Source of the DNA: Steroidobacteraceae bacterium
GTDB taxonomy: Bacteria > Pseudomonadota > Gammaproteobacteria > Steroidobacterales > Steroidobacteraceae
Assembly (NCBI GenBank): GCA_035621995.1
Contig: DASPWF010000009.1
Location: 9,945-73,944 of the forward strand
DNA: 64,000 nucleotides
Direction of reading: 5' to 3'
Shown here: positions 45,608-54,147 of the stretch, in pieces
How positions within the stretch are numbered: position 1 is the first letter of the stretch
Layout: every line of letters starts with the position of its first letter
Notes under the pieces: generated by a model
What the model saw: only the letters and a program-made list of their open reading frames with translations
The model's database searches: none
What the model was told of the DNA's origin: nothing
Position numbers and translations under genes: made by a program

Positions 45608-46621
45608 TCAATGCATCGCGCCCGTCGCGGGCGCGGCCGCCTGCGGCGCAGGTAAGGGCTCATCTTGATGATCGGGCTCGGCGGCGAGACCCACCAGCGT
45701 CGGCATGCCGGTTGCGGCCTGCAGCGTCTCGCGTGCGAGATCCCAGTGAATCGCGGCGGTGTCGTTGCCGAGCTCCTGGTCGAGAAGCGGCTCCAGCACC
45801 TGCAGGTCCGGCTCAACCGACTGGCCTTCGGCATCGACGGGAGGATGCACCTCGATCAGCAACTGCCCCTCGATCCAGGCGACCTTCACCGGCTCATTGA
45901 TCAGGCGCACCGTCGTGCCGACGGGCACCAGCGGGAAAAGTGCGGCGATGTCCTCCGGGTACATGCGGATGCAGCCATGCGTCACTGGCATACCGACCGC
46001 CACGGGGTTGTTGGTCCCATGAATCAGGTAGCTGCCGCTCGTGATACCGAGGCGCATGGCAAATGCTCCGAGCGGGTTGTCGGGACCCGCTGGCACCACC
46101 TTGGGCAACGGATCGCCGCGCTCGGCGTGCTCTTTGCGGACGGATTCCGGTGGGTACCACGGGGGATTGCGGACCTTGGAGACGATGCGCGTCACGCCGA
46201 GCGGTGTGCGCCAGTCCATCTTGCCGACACTGACCGGGTAGGTGATGACAATCGGGTGCTCGCCTCGCCGCGGCTTCGGGTAGAAGTACAGCCGGTGCTC
46301 CGGGAGATTTACCACGATACCCTCGCGCGGTCCGGGCGGCAGGATGCGCCTTCCCGGAAGCGTGAGGTGCTTATCGGCTCCAGGGATCCACACGTCCACG
46401 GCGGGATTCGCGCGGATGATCTCGTAATAGCCGAGACTGTAGCGCTGCGCGAGGTCGGGCAGTGTGTCTTCGTACACCGTCGTCACGTTCGCGTCCTCGC
46501 CGATAAGGGGCGAACCGCCGTCGGGCAGCGGATACGTGCTGCCGTACGCGGAGCTCCCCGTAAGTGCGAGCCACATGAGAGTCACTGCACGGCCATACAT
46601 GCGTCGTTTGTCCTGCCTCAT
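45608..46621 (-). CDS. L,D-transpeptidase (YkuD/ErfK family)
   Basis: SVGKMDWRTPLGVTRIVSKVRNPPWYPP...PAGPDNPLGAFAMRL...YLIHGTN....G.PVTHGCIRMYPEDI is the catalytic H...GC motif. A signal peptide is present. Confidence 0.88.
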   Translation of the reverse strand: MRQDKRRMYGRAVTLMWLALTGSSAYGSTYPLPDGGSPLIGEDANVTTVYEDTLPDLAQRYSLGYYEIIRANPAVDVWIPGADKHLTLPGRRILPPGPREGIVVNLPEHRLYFYPKPRRGEHPIVITYPVSVGKMDWRTPLGVTRIVSKVRNPPWYPPESVRKEHAERGDPLPKVVPAGPDNPLGAFAMRLGITSGSYLIHGTNNPVAVGMPVTHGCIRMYPEDIAALFPLVPVGTTVRLINEPVKVAWIEGQLLIEVHPPVDAEGQSVEPDLQVLEPLLDQELGNDTAAIHWDLARETLQAATGMPTLVGLAAEPDHQDEPLPAPQAAAPATGAMH

Positions 46622-46668
46622 CGTGGGAGTCTAGAGTATCCCATCGCCAGCGCGGCGAGGCCCAGCTC

Positions 46669-48069
46669 TCAGTGCAGCGCGAGCGTGTCACGCCGCCAGG
46701 TAACGTCCTGCCAACGCCCGAAGTCCACGAGCAGCTCGGGGCTGCTCGCCTGCTTCACCGGAACGAGATCCTCGAGGCGCAGCTCTTCGAAGCGGCGGCG
46801 AAACCGGTCGCGCTCCTTCACTTCGCGTGCGATGAGCAGGCGCCGTGTGCCCGGAGTGAAGCCGGCGAAATCCACATAGCCTTCCTCGGGATCGTCGGCA
46901 CCGGGCGGGATGACATCGATCGCCCATCCCGCGGAGCTGTCACGAAAGACCCAGAGCTCGCGCCAGCTCTCGAGCGGCTGCACGGCAAGCACCAGCGCAC
47001 GGCCGCGAGCGATCGGCTGGGCCGAGACCGTCCACACAATCCCGTACGTGCAGCGTCGCACCAGGGGTACGGCAGGTCGGTTGGCGTCTGCGAGCACAAG
47101 GCAGGTCTGGCCCTGCTCGCCCGGGAGCGTGCTGAGAAGGAGCGGCCCCGCCTGCGATGCGGGAGCGACGGCCGCCCAGCGGATTGCGCCCACCCGCAGC
47201 AGCGCATCGAGGTACTCCCCCCGCTGCTCCTCACCGAGATCGTCCGGGCGCACGGCAAGAATCTCGGCGATGGCGCGCTGCGCCGCAGACTCAGGCGACT
47301 GGCCGAGGCGCGCCTTCTCGTAAGCGATGGCCGCCCAGACTGCCGCGCGCCGCGCATGAAGACGACTGCGCGTCATGGCATTCAAGGACCGCTGCTCCAC
47401 TTTTTCAAGGAGCACACTGCGTTCCTCGTCGAGCGGCACTCGCAGGAGGATCCCCATCGCCGGATCGACGCAATCCGGCCGCGTGAGCGCGAGTACCGCG
47501 CGCGCACGCTCCTCGGCGCTGGCCCGCGGCGAGGCAAGCACCCGGCGAAACAACTCGCCGTCGTAGCAGATCTGCATCCGGCCGTTGCGCTCGAAGCTCC
47601 TCATGTGAACGCCGAACTGCTCCACCACCTCGAGGTGCGCAGCCGCGTCTGCGTGCCGAACGCCGCTTCCCGAGGCTGCATCGGCCAGCCGCTCGGCCAT
47701 GCGCGCGATGGCGTCGAAGGGCTCAGCGGTGAGCACGCCCGCCGGTGCCGCCTTCAGATACGCAGCCCCATAGCTGATCCCCAGCGCTTCGGAGCCGGCG
47801 CTGTCGCGCAGGAAGCGCAAGACCGCGAGCAGGCCTGGCGCATCCGCCTCGGTGAGACCGATCTCGCGGACGGCCTCGCTCTTCACGAATCCGCCGCGCT
47901 CGCGGCGATAGTCGTAGACCTTGAGATAGCCCGCGCGCTCATCGCGGATCTCGAGCACCTCTCCCTGCGAGAGCGTCGTCAGCCCGGTGGCTCGCGGGTG
48001 CGGCGCGGCACGCAGCGGTGTGCGATCCTGCGCGACGATCGCGAGGGTGGCGGCGAGCGTGAGCAGCAT
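46669..48069 (-). CDS. Hypothetical 466-aa protein (SH3b-like N-terminus?)
   Basis: Its ATG directly abuts the TGA of the upstream SPFH gene (TGAATG). The N-terminus LRAAPHPRATGLTTLSQGEVLEIRDERAGYLKVYDY resembles bacterial SH3. I do not recognise the rest. Confidence 0.65.
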   Translation of the reverse strand: MLLTLAATLAIVAQDRTPLRAAPHPRATGLTTLSQGEVLEIRDERAGYLKVYDYRRERGGFVKSEAVREIGLTEADAPGLLAVLRFLRDSAGSEALGISYGAAYLKAAPAGVLTAEPFDAIARMAERLADAASGSGVRHADAAAHLEVVEQFGVHMRSFERNGRMQICYDGELFRRVLASPRASAEERARAVLALTRPDCVDPAMGILLRVPLDEERSVLLEKVEQRSLNAMTRSRLHARRAAVWAAIAYEKARLGQSPESAAQRAIAEILAVRPDDLGEEQRGEYLDALLRVGAIRWAAVAPASQAGPLLLSTLPGEQGQTCLVLADANRPAVPLVRRCTYGIVWTVSAQPIARGRALVLAVQPLESWRELWVFRDSSAGWAIDVIPPGADDPEEGYVDFAGFTPGTRRLLIAREVKERDRFRRRFEELRLEDLVPVKQASSPELLVDFGRWQDVTWRRDTLALH

Positions 48070-49344
48070 TCAGGGGCCCGCCCCTGCCGTGCTCACGGGG
48101 ATCGAGGTTGCCGCGGCGCCTCTCGCGGCGTCGAGCCCGACCAGGTTCGAGCCGAGGAACTGGCCCGGGGCGGGCGTCGGAGCGATGATCACCTGCACCT
48201 TGTCGGAGAGCTTGTCGGCAAGCGTCTTCTGGATGAGGAGCGGGTAGCGGGCGATGAGCGCGCCCTCGCGCTCCATCTGCCCGGCGTTGCTCTTGCCTAC
48301 GGTCTCGAGACGATAAGCCTCGGCGTCGGCGAGCTTCTGCCGTGAGTCGGCCTCGGCCTTCGCCTCGATCCGCCGTGCCTCCGCGGCGCCCTCGGCGGTG
48401 CGAATCCGCGCAAGCTTTTCCGCCTCGGCCTCGAGCTGGCGCTGCTCGATCTGCTTCTGCTTGAAGGGCAGGACGTGCTTCATGGTCTCCTCCTGCGCGC
48501 GGGCGGCGATGACCTGCTCGGCGCCCGCCGCCTCGGCCGCCTTCTGCCGCCGCACCTTGTCGGCCTCGGCCGTGAGTTGCGTCTCCTGCACCTGCGCCTC
48601 CTTAAGTTGGAGCGTGTAGCGGATCTTCTCGGTTTCCAGCTCCTCGGCGAGAAGCTTCTGCATCTGCGCGCGGTACTCCGCAGGGAGGTCCACCTGCCCC
48701 ATGTCCACCCCGCGCAGGACCAGACCGAGCGTGGCAAGCTTCGGTTTGAGCTCGATGGCGATCTCCTGCTGGATCTGCTCCCGTTGGCTCGAGAAGATCT
48801 CGCGCACCGAATGTCGTGCGAGCAAGGGATAGACGATCCCCTGCACGGCCGGGCGCACCAGATCGTCGTTCAGGTCGTCGGGATACTCCTTCGACATCTG
48901 AGCGATGCGCGCGCGATCGATCGCCCAGCGCACCGTCAGATCGACGCCGATTGAGAGGCCTTCGTTCGACTGGAACGGTGCCGGACCCGTGGCGCGCGCC
49001 CCCTCCGCCAACCGATACACCTGGTCGCGGGTCGCATAGCGGCGCACCTGATGGATGCCGGGGATGAGCAGAACGCTGCCCGCGTCGTAGGCGCGCGAAG
49101 TGCCGTCTAACAGGTTGCTGCGCACGAGTACCTCACTGTGGTGCACGCCGGCGACCGGCGGGTTCAAGTAGAGAACGTAAGCGACAGCGGCGAGCAACGC
49201 TGCGATCACCAGCCGTACGCGCAGGCGTAAGACGGCCGTTCCAAGTAGGCGGATGGCGCGCCGCATCGCCCCCATCAGCCGCCCGAGGGGCTCGATGAGC
49301 GCGCGCTGCAGGAAGCCCCGGAATGCCGCGAAGTGTTCTGACAC
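48070..49344 (-). CDS. SPFH/Band-7 (prohibitin/HflK-C-like) membrane protein with a long coiled-coil tail
   Basis: I take the GTG at 49344, which has GGGAGGAG 6 nt upstream. A TM segment is followed by the SPFH core (LTVRWAI...VRPAVQGIV...REIFS.QREQIQ) and an E/A/K/Q-rich coiled coil. Confidence 0.8.
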   Translation of the reverse strand: MSEHFAAFRGFLQRALIEPLGRLMGAMRRAIRLLGTAVLRLRVRLVIAALLAAVAYVLYLNPPVAGVHHSEVLVRSNLLDGTSRAYDAGSVLLIPGIHQVRRYATRDQVYRLAEGARATGPAPFQSNEGLSIGVDLTVRWAIDRARIAQMSKEYPDDLNDDLVRPAVQGIVYPLLARHSVREIFSSQREQIQQEIAIELKPKLATLGLVLRGVDMGQVDLPAEYRAQMQKLLAEELETEKIRYTLQLKEAQVQETQLTAEADKVRRQKAAEAAGAEQVIAARAQEETMKHVLPFKQKQIEQRQLEAEAEKLARIRTAEGAAEARRIEAKAEADSRQKLADAEAYRLETVGKSNAGQMEREGALIARYPLLIQKTLADKLSDKVQVIIAPTPAPGQFLGSNLVGLDAARGAAATSIPVSTAGAGP

Positions 49345-49481
49345 GAGTGACTCCTCCCGTAGGTTGTCCGACTCGATAAGAGGAGTCTGGCCGCCCCGTC
49401 TGGCAAAGCGGTGGGGCAATAATGGCAGGCTGTGGCGGTCGGGCGGGAAGTTAGAGCGCCGCGGGCACGGCGGTTTCAGGG

Positions 49482-50072
49482 TCAGTCGAGGAGCGCGTAG
49501 TGCACCGTCCGCGGCGTGCCACCGCCGTTCACGGGCGTTATGTCCATCGGGCACGCGGAGAATATGAGGTAGCAGTCCATCAACGCGCGTAGCAGCACAT
49601 AGTCGCCCGCCTGGCTTACGGGCTCGCGAAGAGTAATGCGCTCGTTGTCCGCCACCACAACGTTCATCCAGAAATTAATTGGATTGGGAACGATGTCCGG
49701 CCGAACCTCGAGTCGGGCAAGCGCCGCGAAATAATTATCCCGGCAATTGCGGTGGCCCGCAGCACAGCCGTAGAACGCATAGAGCCACGGGTCACAGCAA
49801 GCGACGAGCATGTCGTGCGTGGCGCGCGAGGTATCCCGCTCCATCTTCAGCAGCACGTTGCGTCGGTTGCTGTACAGTGGGTCGCCCTCTTTGGGAAAGA
49901 GTCGACCCAACATCCGGCGCGTGTGCTCGACGGAAAGGTACTCGGTCGTATCCGGCGCCCCCAGGCACCATGCATCTACGGTCTGCGTGCCATGGGTATT
50001 CACGAGCTTCACCGCCTGACCTGCGCTGAGCGCGACCGCAGCAGACTCGCTCCCCGCAATCGCCGTCATCAT
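49482..50072 (-). CDS. DUF1989 (urea-carboxylase-associated family) protein
   Basis: It is 196 aa. AGQAVKLVNTHGTQTVD...HDMLVACCDPWLY...GHRNCRDNY...PNPINFWMNV...AGDYVLLRALMDCYLIFSACPMD matches DUF1989. Confidence 0.8.
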   Translation of the reverse strand: MMTAIAGSESAAVALSAGQAVKLVNTHGTQTVDAWCLGAPDTTEYLSVEHTRRMLGRLFPKEGDPLYSNRRNVLLKMERDTSRATHDMLVACCDPWLYAFYGCAAGHRNCRDNYFAALARLEVRPDIVPNPINFWMNVVVADNERITLREPVSQAGDYVLLRALMDCYLIFSACPMDITPVNGGGTPRTVHYALLD

Positions 50073-50099
50073 GCCGAGCCGTCCCGCGCCGTCTGTCGA

Positions 50100-51116
50100 T
50101 CAGGTAACGGCCGCAGCCTGCCGTTGCCCGAGCCGCTGTTGGCGCCCGAAGTGCGCATCGGCCACCAGGCACAGAATTTCGTACATGATGCTAGCGCCAA
50201 CCAGTGCCGTGTTGCCGGACGGATCGAACGGCGGGGCCACCTCGACGACATCGCCGCCGACCAGATTCAGCCCGCGCAATCCCCGCAACAGGCGCTGAGC
50301 CTCGAGCGTCGTGATACCGCCGATCTCCGGAGTTCCAGTACCCGGCGCATATACCGGATCGAGGCCGTCCACGTCGAAGGAGATGTATGTGGGTCCAGCG
50401 CCGACCACTTTGCGCGCTTCGGCAATTACCCGATCGACGCCAAGGGTGGCGAACTCCTCGATGAACATCACGCGCATGCCGTGGGACTTCGAGAATTCGA
50501 CGCCCTCGAGCGAGTTCTGTGCGCCACGGATGCCGATCTGAATGGTACGTGCGGGATCGAGCAGTCCGTTCTCCACCGCGAGACGAAACGGTGCGCCGTG
50601 AGTGAACTTTGAACCGAAGAACTCGCCCCAGGTGTCAGTGTGGGCATCAACGTGCACCATGCCGAGAGGAGCCTCGGCGGCGATGCCGCGGAAGATCGGA
50701 TAGGTGATCGAGTGGTCGCCGCCCGCGCTCACCGGGAGCACGCCGGCCTTGTGCAGCGCGCGGTAGAACCTCTCGATCTCCCGCACCTGGATCTCCAGAT
50801 CATAGAGATTCGAGAAGCGCACGTCGCCCAGGTCCGAGATACGGCATAACTCGTACGGGTTGATGCCGAGCGCAATGTTGTGCCCACGCATGAGGCTCGA
50901 TGCATTGCGTATCTCGCGCGGCCCGTGGCGCGCACCCGGCCGGTTGGTGACGCCGAGGTCGGTGGGAACGCCGATCAGGCCGATGTCGACTGCGTCGAGC
51001 GTGCGCGCAAGCGGGGCACGCATGAACGTCGCGATGTCGGTGAAGCGGGGCTCCGTCATCGGATCGTAGGCGTCTTTGCCCTGAACATCGGGCTTGAAAT
51101 AATGAGGGCTCTTCAT
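50100..51116 (-). CDS. Ureohydrolase, agmatinase/guanidino-acid hydrolase family
   Basis: It is 338 aa. The Mn-site blocks are SAGGDHSITYP, VHVDAHTDT and ISFDVDGLDP. Its ATG overlaps the symporter stop as ATGA. Confidence 0.88.
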   Translation of the reverse strand: MKSPHYFKPDVQGKDAYDPMTEPRFTDIATFMRAPLARTLDAVDIGLIGVPTDLGVTNRPGARHGPREIRNASSLMRGHNIALGINPYELCRISDLGDVRFSNLYDLEIQVREIERFYRALHKAGVLPVSAGGDHSITYPIFRGIAAEAPLGMVHVDAHTDTWGEFFGSKFTHGAPFRLAVENGLLDPARTIQIGIRGAQNSLEGVEFSKSHGMRVMFIEEFATLGVDRVIAEARKVVGAGPTYISFDVDGLDPVYAPGTGTPEIGGITTLEAQRLLRGLRGLNLVGGDVVEVAPPFDPSGNTALVGASIMYEILCLVADAHFGRQQRLGQRQAAAVT

Positions 51117-52543
51117 GGGCGTCCTCTCTCGGCTGCGGTTCCGGCGTGCGCCCCTCCGGCGGCGAGGCTCGTGAGGGCGAATGCGAGCAGGCTGCCTGCC
51201 AGACCGGCGTAAATCGGAAGCTCGGAATCGGGGCCCTTCATGATGAGGAAAGTGATGACGAGCGCACTGCCGAGCGCAATGGAGGCCAGCGCACCGCCCT
51301 TATGGACACGCGGGAGGAACATAGCGCCGACGAGCGGCACAAGCAATCCTCCGACGAGAAGATCGTAGGCGACCGTCAGCGCGGTGATCACATCGTGCAG
51401 TACGCACGAGAGCACCGTCATCACAACACCGAGGATGAGCGTGATACCACGGCTCTGGGTGAGCGTGCCTGTGCCGCTCGTGCGGCGTACTCGCAGGTAG
51501 ACATCTTCGAGCAGGACCGTGGAGGCAGCGACCAGGCAGGCGCTCGCCGTCGACATGATGGCAGCAAGGGCCGCGGCGAGCACCAGACCGCGAAGCCCAA
51601 CCGGCAGTACCGCGTTTACGATCTGCGCATAAGCCAGATCCCCATCTGCGAGCGGCGGCAGGAAAACCCGGCCCGCAGCCCCAATCAAGGCTCCTGCCAG
51701 CGCATAGCAGATGCAGTAGAGCCCCACGGCAATCCCGCCGTTGCGCGCAACCCGCACGCTGCGCGCGGTGAACACCCGCTGCCAGACGTCCTGTCCAATG
51801 ATGATGCCGAAGAAGTAAAGAACGAACAGAGTCAGAATGCGTGCCGGGCCGATATTCAAAAGGGAGAAATGCTGCGGCGGCAAAACTGCATGCATGTGTG
51901 CGAGGCCACCCGCGTGCCAGATAGCGCCGGGCAGCAGAATGAAGAAGATTCCGATGGTTTTGATGACGAACTGAATGATGTCGGTTAGCGTAAGCGACCA
52001 CATGCCGCCGAGCACCGAATAGCCGACCATCACCAGGCTGCTGATCAAGATGGCCGGCGTGCGCGGAATGCCGACGATGACCTCCATCACCGAGCCAACG
52101 GCGATCGTCGCCGTCACGCTCACCATGAGATCGTAGCCGGCCATGACGGCGCCGCCGGCTATGCGAGCGCTGACGCTATAGCGCCGCTCGAGTAACTCGG
52201 GAACCGTATACAGCCGCAGCCCGAGAATCCGCTCGACGAGCACCGCACTCAGCACGAGTATCCCGAGGCCAAGCATGAAGACGAACCACATGCCTGACAC
52301 CCCGTACTGATATCCCAGCTTCACGCCGCCGATGGTGGAAGCACCACCGAGCACGATGGCGGCAAGCGTACCCGCGTAGAGCCCGACACCGACCGAGCGC
52401 CCCGCGACGAGGAACTGCTCCTGGGTATTGGCCTTGCGCCGCGCCCAAAAGCCCGCCGCAACAATGCCGATCATGTAGGCGGCCACGATGAGGAGATCGA
52501 GCTTAGCCAAGACGTCACCCCCTCGGTCGATCCAGCTCTTCAC
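51113..52543 (-). CDS. Sodium:solute symporter (SSS) family transporter
   Basis: It is 476 aa with a GTG start. The SSS N-terminus is LIVAAYMIGIVAAGFWARRKANTQEQFLVAGRSVG. It has about 13 TM segments. Confidence 0.85.
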   Translation of the reverse strand: MKSWIDRGGDVLAKLDLLIVAAYMIGIVAAGFWARRKANTQEQFLVAGRSVGVGLYAGTLAAIVLGGASTIGGVKLGYQYGVSGMWFVFMLGLGILVLSAVLVERILGLRLYTVPELLERRYSVSARIAGGAVMAGYDLMVSVTATIAVGSVMEVIVGIPRTPAILISSLVMVGYSVLGGMWSLTLTDIIQFVIKTIGIFFILLPGAIWHAGGLAHMHAVLPPQHFSLLNIGPARILTLFVLYFFGIIIGQDVWQRVFTARSVRVARNGGIAVGLYCICYALAGALIGAAGRVFLPPLADGDLAYAQIVNAVLPVGLRGLVLAAALAAIMSTASACLVAASTVLLEDVYLRVRRTSGTGTLTQSRGITLILGVVMTVLSCVLHDVITALTVAYDLLVGGLLVPLVGAMFLPRVHKGGALASIALGSALVITFLIMKGPDSELPIYAGLAGSLLAFALTSLAAGGAHAGTAAERGRP

Positions 52544-52771
52544 GCCCCGGGCGCGGCAGTCGACCTTGGTGGCTGCATCCTACCGAACTGTCTGGTTCGA
52601 CACGCCCTCCACGCGGCCCCACCCTGCCCAAACTCAAGTCCCTGAAGCGGTTGACGCGTGATCGGGATAGTTAATGTCGCTTGGGCGCGGATCCTCGGTC
52701 TTCTTCATCCACGGATGTGGCGCGGAACTGTCGAGCGATTCGTTGAGCGCCTCCCGCGCGTGGGCGAGCGT

Positions 52772-52945
52772 CTAATCTGCTTCCCTGCCGCTTCGCACGA
52801 TCGCTCGGGCAGCTTCATTCATCAGCGCCAGTGCCTTGTACCCCAGTACCCTCCAGAGACGTACCTCGGCACGGCAGGCAGCCACTTCACGACGCACCGC
52901 TGCCAGCTCCACGGCCAGTTGCTCAACGCGATCACTGTCACTCAT
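52772..52945 (-). CDS. Hypothetical 57-aa helical protein (below the ORF-track size cut-off)
   Basis: This is my own translation: MSDSDRVEQLAVELAAVRREVAACRAEVRLWRVLGYKALALMNEAARAIVRSGREAD. GGAGGG lies 9 nt upstream. Third-position G+C is only about 34/57 by hand count, which is atypical for this window. Confidence 0.3.
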   Translation of the reverse strand: MSDSDRVEQLAVELAAVRREVAACRAEVRLWRVLGYKALALMNEAARAIVRSGREAD

Positions 52946-53021
52946 GCCACTGGCCCTCCGCCGACCCGTTCGAGTCCGTGCGCCTGTCGACAGGCGTGCT
53001 TGTGCACCACGCAGCGACGAT

Positions 53022-53762
53022 TCAATGTGGACCGTGCGTCGGCGCTTCCTTCAGCTCTTTGCCAAGATCACTACCTGAGGCGAAGCCAGGGCCTGCGATG
53101 TCCTTTCGAACTATGGCCGGGAATCCGCCAGAGCCGCGGCGGCACGCTTCAGATCGTGAAGCAACCAATCCCTCAGTCTGCTTGGCTCCCTCCTCTGCCC
53201 GCAGCACGGCGGACGGGTGATACGTGACAAATATGTGTGCACCCGACGGATGACCGAGCACGTGGCGACGAGCCGACTCGATTGTCACGACCTTGTGCAG
53301 GAGCGCGCGCGCCGCAGTCGCGCCCAGAGCCACGAGAATCCTGGGCTTCACCGCCAGAATCTCCTGCTCGAGCCAAACTTGGCAAGCGTCGATTTCGACC
53401 GTGGTCGGACGACGGTGGAGCCGACGCTTTCCCCGCGGCTCCCACTTGAAGTGCTTCACTGCATTGGTCACATAGACGGCGCCGCGCTCTAGTCCGGCTT
53501 CAACCAGGAGTTGGTCGAGCACCCGGCCCGCAGGACCGACAAACGGACGGCCAGCGCGGTCTTCCACGTCGCCAGGTTGCTCGCCGACCAGCATCATCTG
53601 CGCAGGCGACGGCCCCTCTCCGGTAACCCCATGCGTCGCGCGGCGCCATAGATCGCAGCGGCGACACCGATCAATCTGGCTTGCCAAAGGCGCCGCCACC
53701 TTTTCGGTGCTGCCCGGTGCCTCCCGCACCATTTGCGAAGGTCGTGCCGGTCTTACTACCAT
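53022..53762 (-). CDS. UdgX-type family-4-like uracil-DNA glycosylase
   Basis: The sequence contains CRRCDLW (Fe-S Cys pair), GEQPGDVEDRAGRPFVGPAG (GEQPG rather than GEAPG), VTNAVKHFKWEPRGKRRLHRRP (KRR-L-H loop) and HPSAVLR. These blocks match what I recall for Mycobacterium smegmatis UdgX. Confidence 0.75.
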   Translation of the reverse strand: MVVRPARPSQMVREAPGSTEKVAAPLASQIDRCRRCDLWRRATHGVTGEGPSPAQMMLVGEQPGDVEDRAGRPFVGPAGRVLDQLLVEAGLERGAVYVTNAVKHFKWEPRGKRRLHRRPTTVEIDACQVWLEQEILAVKPRILVALGATAARALLHKVVTIESARRHVLGHPSGAHIFVTYHPSAVLRAEEGAKQTEGLVASRSEACRRGSGGFPAIVRKDIAGPGFASGSDLGKELKEAPTHGPH

Positions 53763-54147
53763 CGATCCGCCCTTGTTTCCGCGACCTTGCGCCGTGATTG
53801 CAGCTAGCGCAACCGATTCGCCTCGGCAAGAACCTCATCGACTGCCTCCCGCAGCGACGAGTGCCTCGACGTCTCCTTGCGACGACTGCCGCCGTGTCCC
53901 TGCACTGCAGCATGCCACGCCGAGCGCCACTCGAGCTTCCGGTGCAGCGAGGCTCATGACGGCGGGTCTGTTGTTCGGCTGCCCATCATTGGACCAAAGG
54001 CCAATGCTCGTCGCGTACGCGGCTGCTATGTTGGTTTTTGCGGTGGCGGCTTGACACGCTTGTCTCGATTCTCCGCGTGCTGAGCTGCTAGCCAGCAGGT
54101 TGCGACCTCGTGGGCGACGAGTCCTCGAGGGATCCTCGGAGGTAAGC

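Noticed and set aside
52544-52700. A possible guanidine (ykkC, mini-ykkC or ykkC-III) riboswitch upstream of the symporter-ureohydrolase-DUF1989 operon.
   Set aside because: I read the minus-strand leader and could not find the conserved elements I remember, namely ACGR tetraloop hairpins, the GGUCCGAGAG-like core or the CCGGACGAGG-type pseudoknot. A covariance-model scan (Rfam RF00442, RF01068, RF01763) would be decisive.
52670-52771. An in-frame continuation of 33 sense codons after the TAG of the 57-codon ORF (TLAHAREALNESLDSSAPHPWMKKTEDPRPKRH), suggesting amber read-through or a pseudogene.
   Set aside because: Open stretches of this length are expected by chance in this GC-rich DNA. The parent ORF itself is low confidence. 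I have no independent evidence for recoding.
53804-53905. A short minus-strand frame ending ...SLREAVDEVLAEANRLR*, which looked like the tail of a small antitoxin or RHH-type protein between the UdgX and CYTH-like genes.
   Set aside because: The only possible start is a GTG giving about 33 aa. There is an upstream in-frame stop at 53954..53956 and no SD sequence. It is too short and unsupported.
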